DNA of 64,000 nt, taken from positions 192,001-256,000 of the forward strand of contig CAYQCW010000001.1 in the NCBI GenBank assembly GCA_964416155.1, given 5' to 3'. Numbering within the stretch: the stretch's first letter is position 1; each line of letters opens with the position of its first letter. The position numbers and the translations under genes are program-made. This document shows positions 37,804 to 47,526 of this stretch, piece by piece. The DNA is from an uncultured Nitrososphaerota archaeon (GTDB lineage: Archaea; Thermoproteota; EX4484-205; JAAOZP01). The notes below the pieces were generated by a model. The model made no database searches. It was not told where the DNA came from and saw nothing but the letters and a program-made list of their open reading frames with translations.

Positions 37804-38817
37804 TTACTCTTTAAACGTGTTTTCAGGGGTCTCGGAACATAAAACAGTGAAGGAGGCATGGGTGACAATGCCTGTTTTCGAGCCCTTGGCTAGAAACAGG
37901 CGGGAAGCCCTGTAGGCGTCGAGAAGAGTATCGTGAGCCCTACAGTCTAGAACGGTTCTGAGGAGAGACTCAGGAATCGCTGAAACCACGTGCACGGTTT
38001 TCCCGTTTAACAGGTTTCTGCAGAAACCAATGTACTTCGCTATTAGAGGCGAATCCGGCGCAGCATTCTCAGCAACCATGTCTGGGGATAAGCCTAGGCC
38101 TTTCAGCCCTTCAATAGCAAGTATAATCCTGTCGCAATCCACACCCTGCAAGCAATTCGGGATTATTGTCATCGCTCTGCTTAAAGACTCGTCGAAAGGG
38201 GTTCCGCCGGCCGATGCTACGAGAATCTGGACGGAAGTTTGAGTCGAAACCAAGCTGGATTGAAGAATGCTTAACGCCTCGTAAGCCTCAACAGGGTTTC
38301 CTGAAATAACCTTTGGATCACCGGCCAGTGGAATAAGCAGAATAACCTTCAGGTCAACATTATTGCGAAGCTCGCTTAAATAGGGTTTTAAATCGATTTT
38401 CCCGCCTGACTCAGCTGCTTCGAGAAAACCCGATGCAAACTCCTTCCAAAGCTCAGGGTAAAACGGGAAAAGATTCTCGCCCAAACCCCTAAACCCGATT
38501 AGAGGATCCGGGTGGGGACAGCTCACAAGGCAGACTGACCGCATGGAATCCTCCATGGTTGAAACAGGGCTTAGCAAGTCGAAGCTTAACAGCTCCCTGA
38601 AGCTTCCTGCGATGCCCTCCTTTAAAACAGCTGGAAGCGTGGGATCCACGAGTAGAGCAGCCTCGCCCTTGACAGATTCTTTCAGAATGTTCTTCAAAGA
38701 CGAAAGCAACATAGAGTAGTCGGAGACGAGTTCCCTGGATACGACCCAGGCTAAATCCTCATGGTCAATCCTGATGCTTATGCTTGTCGACCCGTATGGC
38801 AACCAGACCGCTGGCAA
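37804..38817 (-). CDS. Degenerate lactate racemase LarA-like protein
   Basis: WLPYG N-terminus; SAGG.PFD..L..A and E...GLG resemble the LarA C-domain; catalytic motif altered. Confidence 0.6.
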   Translation of the reverse strand: MPAVWLPYGSTSISIRIDHEDLAWVVSRELVSDYSMLLSSLKNILKESVKGEAALLVDPTLPAVLKEGIAGSFRELLSFDLLSPVSTMEDSMRSVCLVSCPHPDPLIGFRGLGENLFPFYPELWKEFASGFLEAAESGGKIDLKPYLSELRNNVDLKVILLIPLAGDPKVISGNPVEAYEALSILQSSLVSTQTSVQILVASAGGTPFDESLSRAMTIIPNCLQGVDCDRIILAIEGLKGLGLSPDMVAENAAPDSPLIAKYIGFCRNLLNGKTVHVVSAIPESLLRTVLDCRAHDTLLDAYRASRLFLAKGSKTGIVTHASFTVLCSETPENTFKE

Positions 38818-38965
38818 CCCTGCTCACCCCCAGGCTTGGAGACGGGTAATGTGGTGCTTTTTAATAACTGTTTATGTTGAAAAAACAGGGTTAAGACACT
38901 TTGTCAAACATTTTTAGCTTTTCTTGGAAAAAGTTAAATAGGATTAATTAGATAATAAAGGGCGT

Positions 38966-39400
38966 ATGTTTAGCTGGGAGTCGGACTTTGAAGAAGCGGT
39001 GAAGACAGTAAATATTTACCGTAAAAAACTTCAAACTTTGAAAACAATGAGGGAAACAGGGAAAATATCCGATAAAACAGCCGATTTCCTACAGAAAGAG
39101 TTTGAAAACTATGTGAAGGCCATCGAGGCGAAGAAGCAGACAGTCATGGAGAAGCTTGCGAACAGGATGAAGGAGGTTCAGCAGCAGATAGACATTATAG
39201 AGAAGCTGACAGCTAACAACGAGATCAGGTACTCAGCGCAGGAGATTGCGGACGAAAGATATAACAAAATAGCCATTGCGCTGAACTACGCTATGGAGGA
39301 GAGCAGGAACGAGTATGAAAGCTTGAAGGAAGCCATGGCTATACTGGAGAAGCTGCCTGACCTTATGAGTCAAAGCGAAAGCGAACCCGTTGAAACCTAG
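38966..39400 (+). CDS. CdvA-like coiled-coil protein (no PRC barrel)
   Basis: SWE..FE...KK...L......GKIS; E.RY...EI....Y; coiled coil like the CdvA helical region. Confidence 0.65.
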   Translation: MFSWESDFEEAVKTVNIYRKKLQTLKTMRETGKISDKTADFLQKEFENYVKAIEAKKQTVMEKLANRMKEVQQQIDIIEKLTANNEIRYSAQEIADERYNKIAIALNYAMEESRNEYESLKEAMAILEKLPDLMSQSESEPVET

Positions 39401-39729
39401 GAAGCCACTCCGGATTCCTTAGATACTTTTTCAAGCCTTATGCCCTTGTCGAATACTAATTCATATATTTGGTTTATCTGAGGGCTTCCAAGAGCCCTGT
39501 ACTCGCTCTCCGTGAGATAGACTATCAGCCGGGGGCTCCCATGCCTCGGCATGAGCCCAGCTTGCTGAAGACTGTTTAAAACACCCCTAACCATCTCCTG
39601 CGCGTACAGAACATCCTCAGAAGACTTGTCGAAAACGCCTGAAGGGGCTATCGACGTGAAGTCCACCCTCACACCCGGCTCGCCCTCAACCTCAACGCTG
39701 CCTATGAAAGTTACTTTAACCCTAACCAT
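39397..39729 (-). CDS. Arcadin-1 family protein
   Basis: RVKV...V.VDF...EM.R......PRLIVYLTE.EY..LG.....IYEL resembles Pyrobaculum arcadin-1. Start taken at ATG 39729. Confidence 0.7.
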   Translation of the reverse strand: MVRVKVTFIGSVEVEGEPGVRVDFTSIAPSGVFDKSSEDVLYAQEMVRGVLNSLQQAGLMPRHGSPRLIVYLTESEYRALGSPQINQIYELVFDKGIRLEKVSKESGVAS

Positions 39730-39837
39730 CGTCCAAACATCCCCAAACCGCCTAATAAAGTTATCCCGGCAGTATTGATTAAGCATTTCCCCCTCAGCAA
39801 ACGTTTTTAAGCAGAATGGTGTAAGCTAGGCCTTTGA

Positions 39838-41157
39838 ATGTTAATGATTAGAGAAAAGGATTTTGAAGATAATGAGGAGGAGAGGACGAGGGCTGTTGAC
39901 ACGCTCCTTAAACTAAGCAAGCAGAAGCATGACCCGGATGCTTGGAGGATGCTGAAGGAAATACTCTACCCCCCCAGAAAGCTGGATGTCGACGTGATTA
40001 TAGATGACACTACTCTAAGAGAGGGTCTCCAGATGGCTGGCTTGACAACGCCGGCACCTGAGGACCTAGCCGAGATAGGTAGGCTGCTCTACGAGATCGG
40101 TGTTGAGAGAATAGAGGCCATGACATACACTCCGACCGATAGGGATGCGATAAGGATGATGATTGACAATGGACTCGGAGGGATTCTTGCAGGATGGAGT
40201 AGGGCTGACAAGCACGATGTAGACGAGATTCTCAAGCTGGATTTGAAACAGATAGGGATAAGCTACCCCGTTTCATACTATCATTTCGCTAAATGGCCCG
40301 GCGAGCATATCTACAATCTCGTGAGCAAAGTGGTTGAGACCGTAGAGTACGCTGTAGACCATGGTTTAAAGGTTTTCGTGCATGGAGAGGATAGCACGAG
40401 GGCAGACTGGGGTTTTGAGAGAAAGTTTGTGAACGCTGTTGCAGAGGCGGGTGCAGAGGTTTACAGAATATGCGACACAGTGGGAGTCGGGTGCTCCCTT
40501 CCAGACCATCCTCTTCCAAACGGGATACCTGCGAAGATTAAACATTTGAAAAAAGAAACTAGAATTAAGAGTCTAGAGATACATGCTCACGACGACTTGG
40601 GGAACGCTGTGGAGAACACGATGGCTGCTATAAGGACAGCCTCAGGGCTGTATGAAAAGTTTTACGTTAGCACGACATTCCTAGGCATAGGGGAGAGGTC
40701 TGGCAATGCTGAGACTGAAAAAATAATACTCAACCTGTATATTCACCATGGTCTTGAAAAGTGGAACCTATCCTTTTTGAGAGAAACGGCGAACTTCATA
40801 GCTACAGCACTGAACTACCATCTTCCAACAAACAAAGCTATAGTTGGAGACTCAGCGTTCGCCCACGAGTCAGGCATCCACCTGCAGGGAATAAGGATCG
40901 CACCAGCGATATACGAGGTATTCCCACCGGAGCTAGTGGGGCAGACGAGGAAGATCATAATTGGGAGGAGAACCGGGAAGCATGGAATAGTTTTAAAGCT
41001 CAGGGAACTCGTAAACCAAGATGTTGACGAGGACGACCCGAGGCTTAAGAAGCTGGTGGAGCTCGTAAGAAACAGCCTTCTCCAGGTTGACAGAAAATAC
41101 TATTTAACCGAGGAGGAATTCAAAAAGCTCGCGAGTGAAGCAGGCTTCAACGTTTAG
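39838..41157 (+). CDS. DRE-TIM metallolyase (homocitrate/isopropylmalate/Re-citrate synthase family), no regulatory domain
   Basis: DTTLREGLQ, EDSTR, CDTVG, HAHDDLG, GERSGNA, AHESGIH. Confidence 0.85.
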   Translation: MLMIREKDFEDNEEERTRAVDTLLKLSKQKHDPDAWRMLKEILYPPRKLDVDVIIDDTTLREGLQMAGLTTPAPEDLAEIGRLLYEIGVERIEAMTYTPTDRDAIRMMIDNGLGGILAGWSRADKHDVDEILKLDLKQIGISYPVSYYHFAKWPGEHIYNLVSKVVETVEYAVDHGLKVFVHGEDSTRADWGFERKFVNAVAEAGAEVYRICDTVGVGCSLPDHPLPNGIPAKIKHLKKETRIKSLEIHAHDDLGNAVENTMAAIRTASGLYEKFYVSTTFLGIGERSGNAETEKIILNLYIHHGLEKWNLSFLRETANFIATALNYHLPTNKAIVGDSAFAHESGIHLQGIRIAPAIYEVFPPELVGQTRKIIIGRRTGKHGIVLKLRELVNQDVDEDDPRLKKLVELVRNSLLQVDRKYYLTEEEFKKLASEAGFNV

Positions 41158-42814
41158 AGTATTTCTCCACGAGAGGAGTTAAATCTATCTCGAACCCGGC
41201 TGCAGGATTGTCTAAACCGTTCAACTCCAGCACCTCGGGATGAACCTCGCCAACAACCCCCAGTGGGCTACTGTTGAAAACAATTTTCGCAACCCTGCCC
41301 AGCGTAAACAAGGGGTCCTCACCCTTTTCGAACAAGACTGGTTCAACACACAGGCTGCTCAGCAGACTCAGGACGACTGACTTAGCCTCTGAGAAAGAGG
41401 CTGAAGAGTGCACCGATACTCCCGCCAGCGAGACCCGTGTAACCACAGACCCTTCTTCAGAGACCCTTACAACAGGACCTGTTTCAAAAATCCTCTGAGG
41501 GTACTTCTCATGCTTATTGGAAGAGAGATTTCTTATCAAGCCTGGGAGGAGGGAATCCCTGAGCATTGTGAGCTCAACGCTGGAGGAGTTTGCCAGCCTA
41601 GCCCTCTCGCCAACAGGTCTCCTAACCATGCGGTAGTTCTGATCCTCGTTAGTAATCAGGAAGTTGAAAACCTCAGTGAAGCCCAGACCTATCATGATTA
41701 GCCTAGCCTTGTCCTGAACCATCGTCTCAGGATGCTTCAAGCCTATTGTGGAAGCTCCAGGGTAGGTCTGGGTCAGCCTCCAAAGGCCGTACCCTATGGC
41801 GACCTCCTCAACAAGGTCGACGTTATGCATTATGTCAACCCTGTAGGGGGGAACCCCCATCTTGAACACGTTCCCGTCGTTCACCACTGAAAATCTGCAT
41901 TTCAGGAAGCTCCTGTAGATCTCAGCGTTGCTAAGATTCTCCCCGAGGAGAGAATTAATATAGCTCGCTTCAACACTCATAGTCTTAGGCGTGAAATCCG
42001 GAAAAGTTTTCTCAGAGCCGTCGTCGTAAACTATCTTCACCGCCTCGATGTTCCCCCCCATGTCTTTAAACACGTATAGAAGTATGTTCAGAGCTCTGGA
42101 AGCATAATACTCATCTAAGGCGGTTACGTCTATGAAGAGGTTTCTAGTCTCAGGGGTTAAGCGAGTCAGCTCAGAGTTTATTATCGGCGGGAAGGATAAA
42201 ACCTCCCCGGTGGAATCAACTATCACAGGATACTTGTCAAACCGCTTGATAATATGGCCATATTCTAAACCCTTGTCAACCTCTTTCAAAACCTCGTTCA
42301 AAGTCATTCTCCTTTCTATTCCAAGCGGCTTAAACGAAACCGCGTCGGGGTCTGCAGCCATGTAGTAGACCGAGGGCCTAATCCTATCCAAGTCATGTAT
42401 GCCGATTGAGACCTTACGCCTATTCCTGCCAATACCCTGATGCAGGACCTCTTGAACATTAATCACCTCCTTCAAATCCTCCTCGGCGAGTTCCACGTTC
42501 CTCACCACAGCGGAGCATAAGACACCCCTGATCCCTCTGAGCCTGCTGTCAAAGTGAAACTCTATCGTGGGACTTGAGAAAACAGCTTCAGGATAGCCTA
42601 GCCTGATTTCAAGGAACCCCGCATACGCCCTAGCGATGCCTGCGTGACTCGAGAAATCCGGCCTGTTCGGATTATACTCTATTTTGACGAACCCTTCGCC
42701 AACATCCTCAATGTCTGTCGCGAGCCACGGCAGGTCTTCGACAAGCTGCTTCAACCCAACGTCAATCCCCAGGAACCTGCTCAGCCTCTCAGGGTAAACC
42801 TCTATCACAGGCAT
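41147..42814 (-). CDS. pheT: Phenylalanyl-tRNA synthetase beta subunit
   Basis: NPNRPD, GRNRRKVSIGIHD, SFPPIINS, PPYRVDI....DLVEEVAI.YG. Confidence 0.97.
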   Translation of the reverse strand: MPVIEVYPERLSRFLGIDVGLKQLVEDLPWLATDIEDVGEGFVKIEYNPNRPDFSSHAGIARAYAGFLEIRLGYPEAVFSSPTIEFHFDSRLRGIRGVLCSAVVRNVELAEEDLKEVINVQEVLHQGIGRNRRKVSIGIHDLDRIRPSVYYMAADPDAVSFKPLGIERRMTLNEVLKEVDKGLEYGHIIKRFDKYPVIVDSTGEVLSFPPIINSELTRLTPETRNLFIDVTALDEYYASRALNILLYVFKDMGGNIEAVKIVYDDGSEKTFPDFTPKTMSVEASYINSLLGENLSNAEIYRSFLKCRFSVVNDGNVFKMGVPPYRVDIMHNVDLVEEVAIGYGLWRLTQTYPGASTIGLKHPETMVQDKARLIMIGLGFTEVFNFLITNEDQNYRMVRRPVGERARLANSSSVELTMLRDSLLPGLIRNLSSNKHEKYPQRIFETGPVVRVSEEGSVVTRVSLAGVSVHSSASFSEAKSVVLSLLSSLCVEPVLFEKGEDPLFTLGRVAKIVFNSSPLGVVGEVHPEVLELNGLDNPAAGFEIDLTPLVEKYSKR

Positions 42815-44289
42815 AGCTTAACCCTCCTCAGCCAGCCTAAATCGTTCTGGTAGAGGATGCGAATATCAGTAACGCCTAGCTTAAGCATCAGTAAACGCTC
42901 CAACCCGCCGCCCCAAGCAAGAACAGGATGATCAATACCGAGGGGCCTAGTGACCTCAGGTCTGAAAATACCCATGCCGCAGAGCTCAAGCCATCTGCCA
43001 GCCTGGGGAACGTAGACAACGGAATTCATAGATGGCTCCGTATACGGGAAGTACGAGGGCCAGAACTGAACTTTCTCCAACCCGAGTTTCTTATAGAATT
43101 CCGTTAAGACCCCTTTAAGGTCTCTAAGCGTCACACGCCTATCCATTATTATGCCCTCTATCTGGTGGAACTCTGCAAGGCTTTTAAAGGAAACCCTCTC
43201 ATTTCTGAAAACCCGGTCGACGCTAAAAATCTTAACCGGAGGATCCCTATGCTCATACAGGTATCTTACGGAGACACATGTGGTGTGGGTTCTCAACACG
43301 AGTCTCTTCGCAGCCTCTTCAGACCATTCTCCACCCCAGCCGGTTGAACCCGTCTCCCAACCGTTCTCATGCGTCCTCCTTACTCTTTCAACAAGCTGCC
43401 TGTCAGCTAGCTCCGTTGAGGAGGGGTGTGAAAGATAGAAAGTATCCTGCATTTCCCTAGCAGGATGATCCTGCGGAGTGAAGAGGACATCGAAGTTCCA
43501 GAAACACGATTCGACAAGCGGGCCTTTTGCCTCGGTGAAACCCATCTCCGTAAAAATTTCCTTAACCTCTTTGATGAATTCCGTCAACGGGTGTAGTCTC
43601 CCAGGGTATACTGGCTCAACATCGGCAGTGACATCGTAGGGTTTAAGCTCAACGTTTCTCCACTCCCTGGTTCTCAACAGCTCAGGAGTCAACTGGGTTA
43701 CTGCAACCCTAAGCTCGACAAGCCTGCCGGCTTCAGTCAGAGAGACCAGTCTTTCAACCTTCTCCTCAACCCTAACTATGCCCCTGCCCGATAAGAGTTT
43801 AACAGTCTCAGTGTTCAACAGGCTGACGTCCAAGGGGCCTGACGCCAGCGTTCTGACAGTGGTTTCGTCAACCCCTTCGGGAGGCTCTTTCTCCACGACT
43901 ATGTGTGGAACACCGTTTACAGCCTTGATTGAGCCCCATCCCTTTCTACGAAGCCAGCCGAGCGCTATTGTGAAGAAGGACTCGTCAGGATAAGTCTTTC
44001 GAGCCTCTTCAAGAGGCATGACACCCCTATTCTCCAGTACCAGTTTCACGAGCCTTCTCTCGGGAAGCCCGTTTCTAGAATGGTATTCTCCCTCCCCGGT
44101 TAGCCTAGCATACTTGGTCTCTCTGGTTGAGACGCTTACTAAGCCTTTCTGGGAGAGAGAGGATAAAGCGCTCGCGGCTGACGACTCGTTCAACTCCGTG
44201 AGCAGGCAGAGTTCGCTGAAGCCCATGGCTCTACCGGTTCTCCTAAGAGCCTCCACAATATCTTTCTCAATCCTAGATTCTAGGCTCAC
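42805..44289 (-). CDS. pheS: Phenylalanyl-tRNA synthetase alpha subunit
   Basis: WNFD.LF.PQDHPAREMQDTF, LRTHTT, EFHQIEG, YFPYTEPS, GIFRPEV. Confidence 0.97.
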   Translation of the reverse strand: MSLESRIEKDIVEALRRTGRAMGFSELCLLTELNESSAASALSSLSQKGLVSVSTRETKYARLTGEGEYHSRNGLPERRLVKLVLENRGVMPLEEARKTYPDESFFTIALGWLRRKGWGSIKAVNGVPHIVVEKEPPEGVDETTVRTLASGPLDVSLLNTETVKLLSGRGIVRVEEKVERLVSLTEAGRLVELRVAVTQLTPELLRTREWRNVELKPYDVTADVEPVYPGRLHPLTEFIKEVKEIFTEMGFTEAKGPLVESCFWNFDVLFTPQDHPAREMQDTFYLSHPSSTELADRQLVERVRRTHENGWETGSTGWGGEWSEEAAKRLVLRTHTTCVSVRYLYEHRDPPVKIFSVDRVFRNERVSFKSLAEFHQIEGIIMDRRVTLRDLKGVLTEFYKKLGLEKVQFWPSYFPYTEPSMNSVVYVPQAGRWLELCGMGIFRPEVTRPLGIDHPVLAWGGGLERLLMLKLGVTDIRILYQNDLGWLRRVKLCL

Positions 44290-44356
44290 CCTCCTACACC
44301 TGTTGTTTAACGGGTGTGCATGCGGTTTTTAAATTTGAAACCTTAATAATTCCCGT

Positions 44357-46162
44357 TTGAGAAACATGCCGATGAAGCCAAGGGTTAAACCTCCTGAGAT
44401 CGTTGAGAAACTGGTTTCCGCAGCGCTTGGAAGGGGTAGGGCGAGCCTCGTCATCAGGAGAGGGGCTTTGGTGAACGTTTTCACGGGTGAGATTGTTGAA
44501 AACACGGATATTGCCGTGGCTGACGACAGGATAGTGCTGGTGGGGAACGCTGAGCACGCGATCGGGTCTGAGACTAGGATTATCGACGCTTACGGGAAAT
44601 ATTTGACGCCAGGATTCCTAGACGGACATGTGCATGTGGAGAGCTCGATGCTCACAGTGACCCAGTTCGCAAAAACGGTTCTACCCCACGGGACGACAAC
44701 GGTTTTCATAGATCCCCATGAGATTGCAAACGTGCTTGGGATAAACGGGGTTAGAATGATGCATGACGAGGGATTAGTCTTGCCTTTGAAAGTCTATGTT
44801 TCAATCCCTAGCTGTGTGCCGGCGACCAGCCTGGAGTTTGAGACCGCGGGAGCCGAAATAGGTTTGAAGGAGGTTGAGGAAGCATTTTCATGGAGGAATA
44901 CCGTTGCGCTGGGCGAGGTTATGAATTACCCTGGAGTCTTATCGTTAGACCCTAAGATTATAAGCGAGGTTAAAGCGGCTTTGAGAAGCAGCAGGATTGT
45001 TGAAGGACATTTCTTCGGAAACCTTAACGAGGAGCTTAACGCTTACGTTGCAGCAGGAATATCCTCAGACCACGAGTCCGTGACGATGGAGGCTGGGCTT
45101 GCTAAACTAAGGCTAGGGATGCACGTAATGATTAGGGAAGCATCGGCCTGGAGGGATTTGAAGGAGGTTATAAGGATGGTTACGGAGAGGAAGGTTGACG
45201 CGAGGAGAGTCTGCCTGGTTAGCGACGACAGGGAGCCCAGCGACCTGTTGAAAGAGGGGCATATTGACCATATCGTTAGAAGAGCTATTGAAGAAGGCGT
45301 TGACCCTGTGACCAGTATTCAAATGGCCACGTTGAACACTGCGGAACACTTTAAAGTCGACGGTGAGATAGGTGCCTTAGCCCCCGGCATGATCGCAGAC
45401 ATACTGATCGTGAGCGATTTGAAAAAGGTTCTCGTCGAAACGGTGATAGCTAACGGCAGGGTTGTCGCGAAAAACGGCAGGCTGGTGGCGGAGATGCCTG
45501 AATACCAGTATCCCGAGGAGGCGAGGAGAACAGTCAGGCTCGGCAGAAAGCTTGATGAAAACGATTTCAAGATAAGGGTTGACCCTAACAAGCAGGTTTT
45601 CAAAGTCAGGACTATCCAGGTTGTCGAGGCCAAGACTCTTACTAGAAGCATGCTCGTCGACATGAGGCAGAGAAACGGTTTCCTAGAGGCGGATCCAGCC
45701 CAAGATATTGCTAAAGTCGCTGTTGTTGAAAGACACAGGGCGTCTGGCAACATGGGGATAGGCTTCGTCAAGGGCTTCGGCTTCAAGAATGGCGCCGTAG
45801 CGTCTACAGTAGCCCACGACAGTCACAACATGCTTATAGTAGGGGTGAACGACAGAGACATGGCTCTCGCAGGGAACACGTTGGCTGAAGCAGGAGGAGG
45901 AATGATAGCTGTTGAAAACAGCCGGATACTGGCTCTGCTGGAGCTCCCAATAGCCGGCTTAATGTCGGATAAGCCTGTTCAAGAGGTTGCGTCGAAAGTT
46001 GAAAAGCTTTCAGAGTCTTGGAGACAGCTGGGCTGCATGATGACCCGTCCATTCATGACGATGTCTTTGCTGGCCCTTCCTGTGCTCCCTGAGCTAAGGA
46101 TAACCGATAAGGGGCTCATCGACACGGTTAATTTCCGGAGGACAAGCCTTATATTGGAATAG
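44357..46162 (+). CDS. ade: Adenine deaminase
   Basis: DGHVHVESS, DPHEIANV, EVMNYPG, SDHE, SDD, AHDSHN, LPIAGLMS. Confidence 0.95.
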   Translation: MRNMPMKPRVKPPEIVEKLVSAALGRGRASLVIRRGALVNVFTGEIVENTDIAVADDRIVLVGNAEHAIGSETRIIDAYGKYLTPGFLDGHVHVESSMLTVTQFAKTVLPHGTTTVFIDPHEIANVLGINGVRMMHDEGLVLPLKVYVSIPSCVPATSLEFETAGAEIGLKEVEEAFSWRNTVALGEVMNYPGVLSLDPKIISEVKAALRSSRIVEGHFFGNLNEELNAYVAAGISSDHESVTMEAGLAKLRLGMHVMIREASAWRDLKEVIRMVTERKVDARRVCLVSDDREPSDLLKEGHIDHIVRRAIEEGVDPVTSIQMATLNTAEHFKVDGEIGALAPGMIADILIVSDLKKVLVETVIANGRVVAKNGRLVAEMPEYQYPEEARRTVRLGRKLDENDFKIRVDPNKQVFKVRTIQVVEAKTLTRSMLVDMRQRNGFLEADPAQDIAKVAVVERHRASGNMGIGFVKGFGFKNGAVASTVAHDSHNMLIVGVNDRDMALAGNTLAEAGGGMIAVENSRILALLELPIAGLMSDKPVQEVASKVEKLSESWRQLGCMMTRPFMTMSLLALPVLPELRITDKGLIDTVNFRRTSLILE

Positions 46163-46232
46163 CCTTTTCCAGTTTCCCGGCTTACAGTAGTCTTAATAAA
46201 CCCTTTTAAAATGCTTCTCAAAGTGTTAAGCG

Positions 46233-47279
46233 TTGAGTAAGCTGACGCTGGCCTGGCTCATGCCTGTTTCCCGCAGAATCGACTCCTTCATAAGCGGGGA
46301 GATAACGGAATTCTACAGGGATGCTTTAAACAAGGGGTTAATAGGCGGCGGGGAGGCTGAAGCCCAGCTTGAGAAAGCCCTTTCCCACAAGACGGATTTT
46401 GTAACAGCCCTCAAGATAAGCGTGCCAGTCAACTGGAGGAGCAGTGTTTCACACAGGCTTTGGAAGAGCGAGGGCAGTGTTTCCGGCTTTAAAACAATGC
46501 TGAAAACCATGCGGGACAGGAGAATGTACGATTTGGCGACAACCTTCGCAATAGCCTTGAAGTCTGGAGACATTAGGGATGAGGCTTTCGACGAGAAAGA
46601 CTTCGCGAAGCCCGAGGAGTATGAGTTTAAAATAAGGATTGCGGATAATCTTGAGAGCCTAGTCAACAAGAGGGTTAGAGAAATACACAGGGAAGGGTTT
46701 GCCGAAAAATATTTTAAAGGAAGGGAAGAGGTTTTCAACTACGAGTTTAAAGACCTGAAGTACTCTGAGCTTTTCAGAAGGGGGGAATACGATAAAATAC
46801 TTTCCCTCTATGAAGATTTGAAGGAGACGTGGCACGGTAAGACAGCGGGGATAGGAGAGAGAGTGGTTTCACTCACTCTTTTCGAGGCAGGCATACTGGA
46901 TGAGGAGCCTGATGCCTGTGAAGCCATAGTGAAGTACCAGTGGGCAATAACCAACATTTGGATGTGGAGCGACGAGATGAAAGACCTTTTCAGCAATCTG
47001 AGGGAGGGCAGCATAAACATGCTTATCGTAGAATGTTTGAAGAACGGGCTTAAGAGGGTTGACGAGCAGTCTGTTAAGGATTTCATCGCGAGTAACCTGA
47101 GCGTCCTGGATGAGCCGGTCAAGGAGTATTTCCAGCTGGTTAGAAGAATCGAAGACGAGATGAGAAGATATCCCTGGATAAATATGATGGATTACTCGGA
47201 GGGGGCTAAGATAGTTTTCAAAAAGTTTGATGAAAGAAAGAGAAGCCTGTTGAAAACAATTAGTTTCGGAAAAGCATAG
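46233..47279 (+). CDS. Hypothetical helical protein, possible class I isoprenoid synthase fold
   Basis: DIRDEAFD, GKTAG and WSDEMKDL..NLREG..N occur in trans-prenyltransferase motif order. Confidence 0.5.
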   Translation: MSKLTLAWLMPVSRRIDSFISGEITEFYRDALNKGLIGGGEAEAQLEKALSHKTDFVTALKISVPVNWRSSVSHRLWKSEGSVSGFKTMLKTMRDRRMYDLATTFAIALKSGDIRDEAFDEKDFAKPEEYEFKIRIADNLESLVNKRVREIHREGFAEKYFKGREEVFNYEFKDLKYSELFRRGEYDKILSLYEDLKETWHGKTAGIGERVVSLTLFEAGILDEEPDACEAIVKYQWAITNIWMWSDEMKDLFSNLREGSINMLIVECLKNGLKRVDEQSVKDFIASNLSVLDEPVKEYFQLVRRIEDEMRRYPWINMMDYSEGAKIVFKKFDERKRSLLKTISFGKA

Positions 47280-47302
47280 CTCTAAGCCACTGACCCCGTG
47301 AC

Positions 47303-47393
47303 CACGCCGCCTCCTCACCGTGGGATCAAGCGGCATCAGCGGGAACCCGTGGAAGGCCTTTAGGCATCAGAATGCTTGCAACCAGGCGGCATG
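47303..47393 (-). ncRNA. Candidate structured ncRNA
   Basis: GC-rich intergenic region with a 10-bp closing stem CATGCCGCCT/AGGCGGCGTG (its G-U pair favours the minus strand), internal hairpins and a duplicated CTGATGCC...CCACGG. Confidence 0.4.
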
Positions 47394-47526
47394 TTTTCAA
47401 CGCGTGTATGCTACGCCCCCCACTGTATCCGTAAAACAAGGTTTAACTGTCTGAAAGACGGCCCTATTTTCGGGTAAACTGTTATAAATATGGATAGAGC
47501 CGTCTAGGAAGGCTAGAGGTTTAGAA

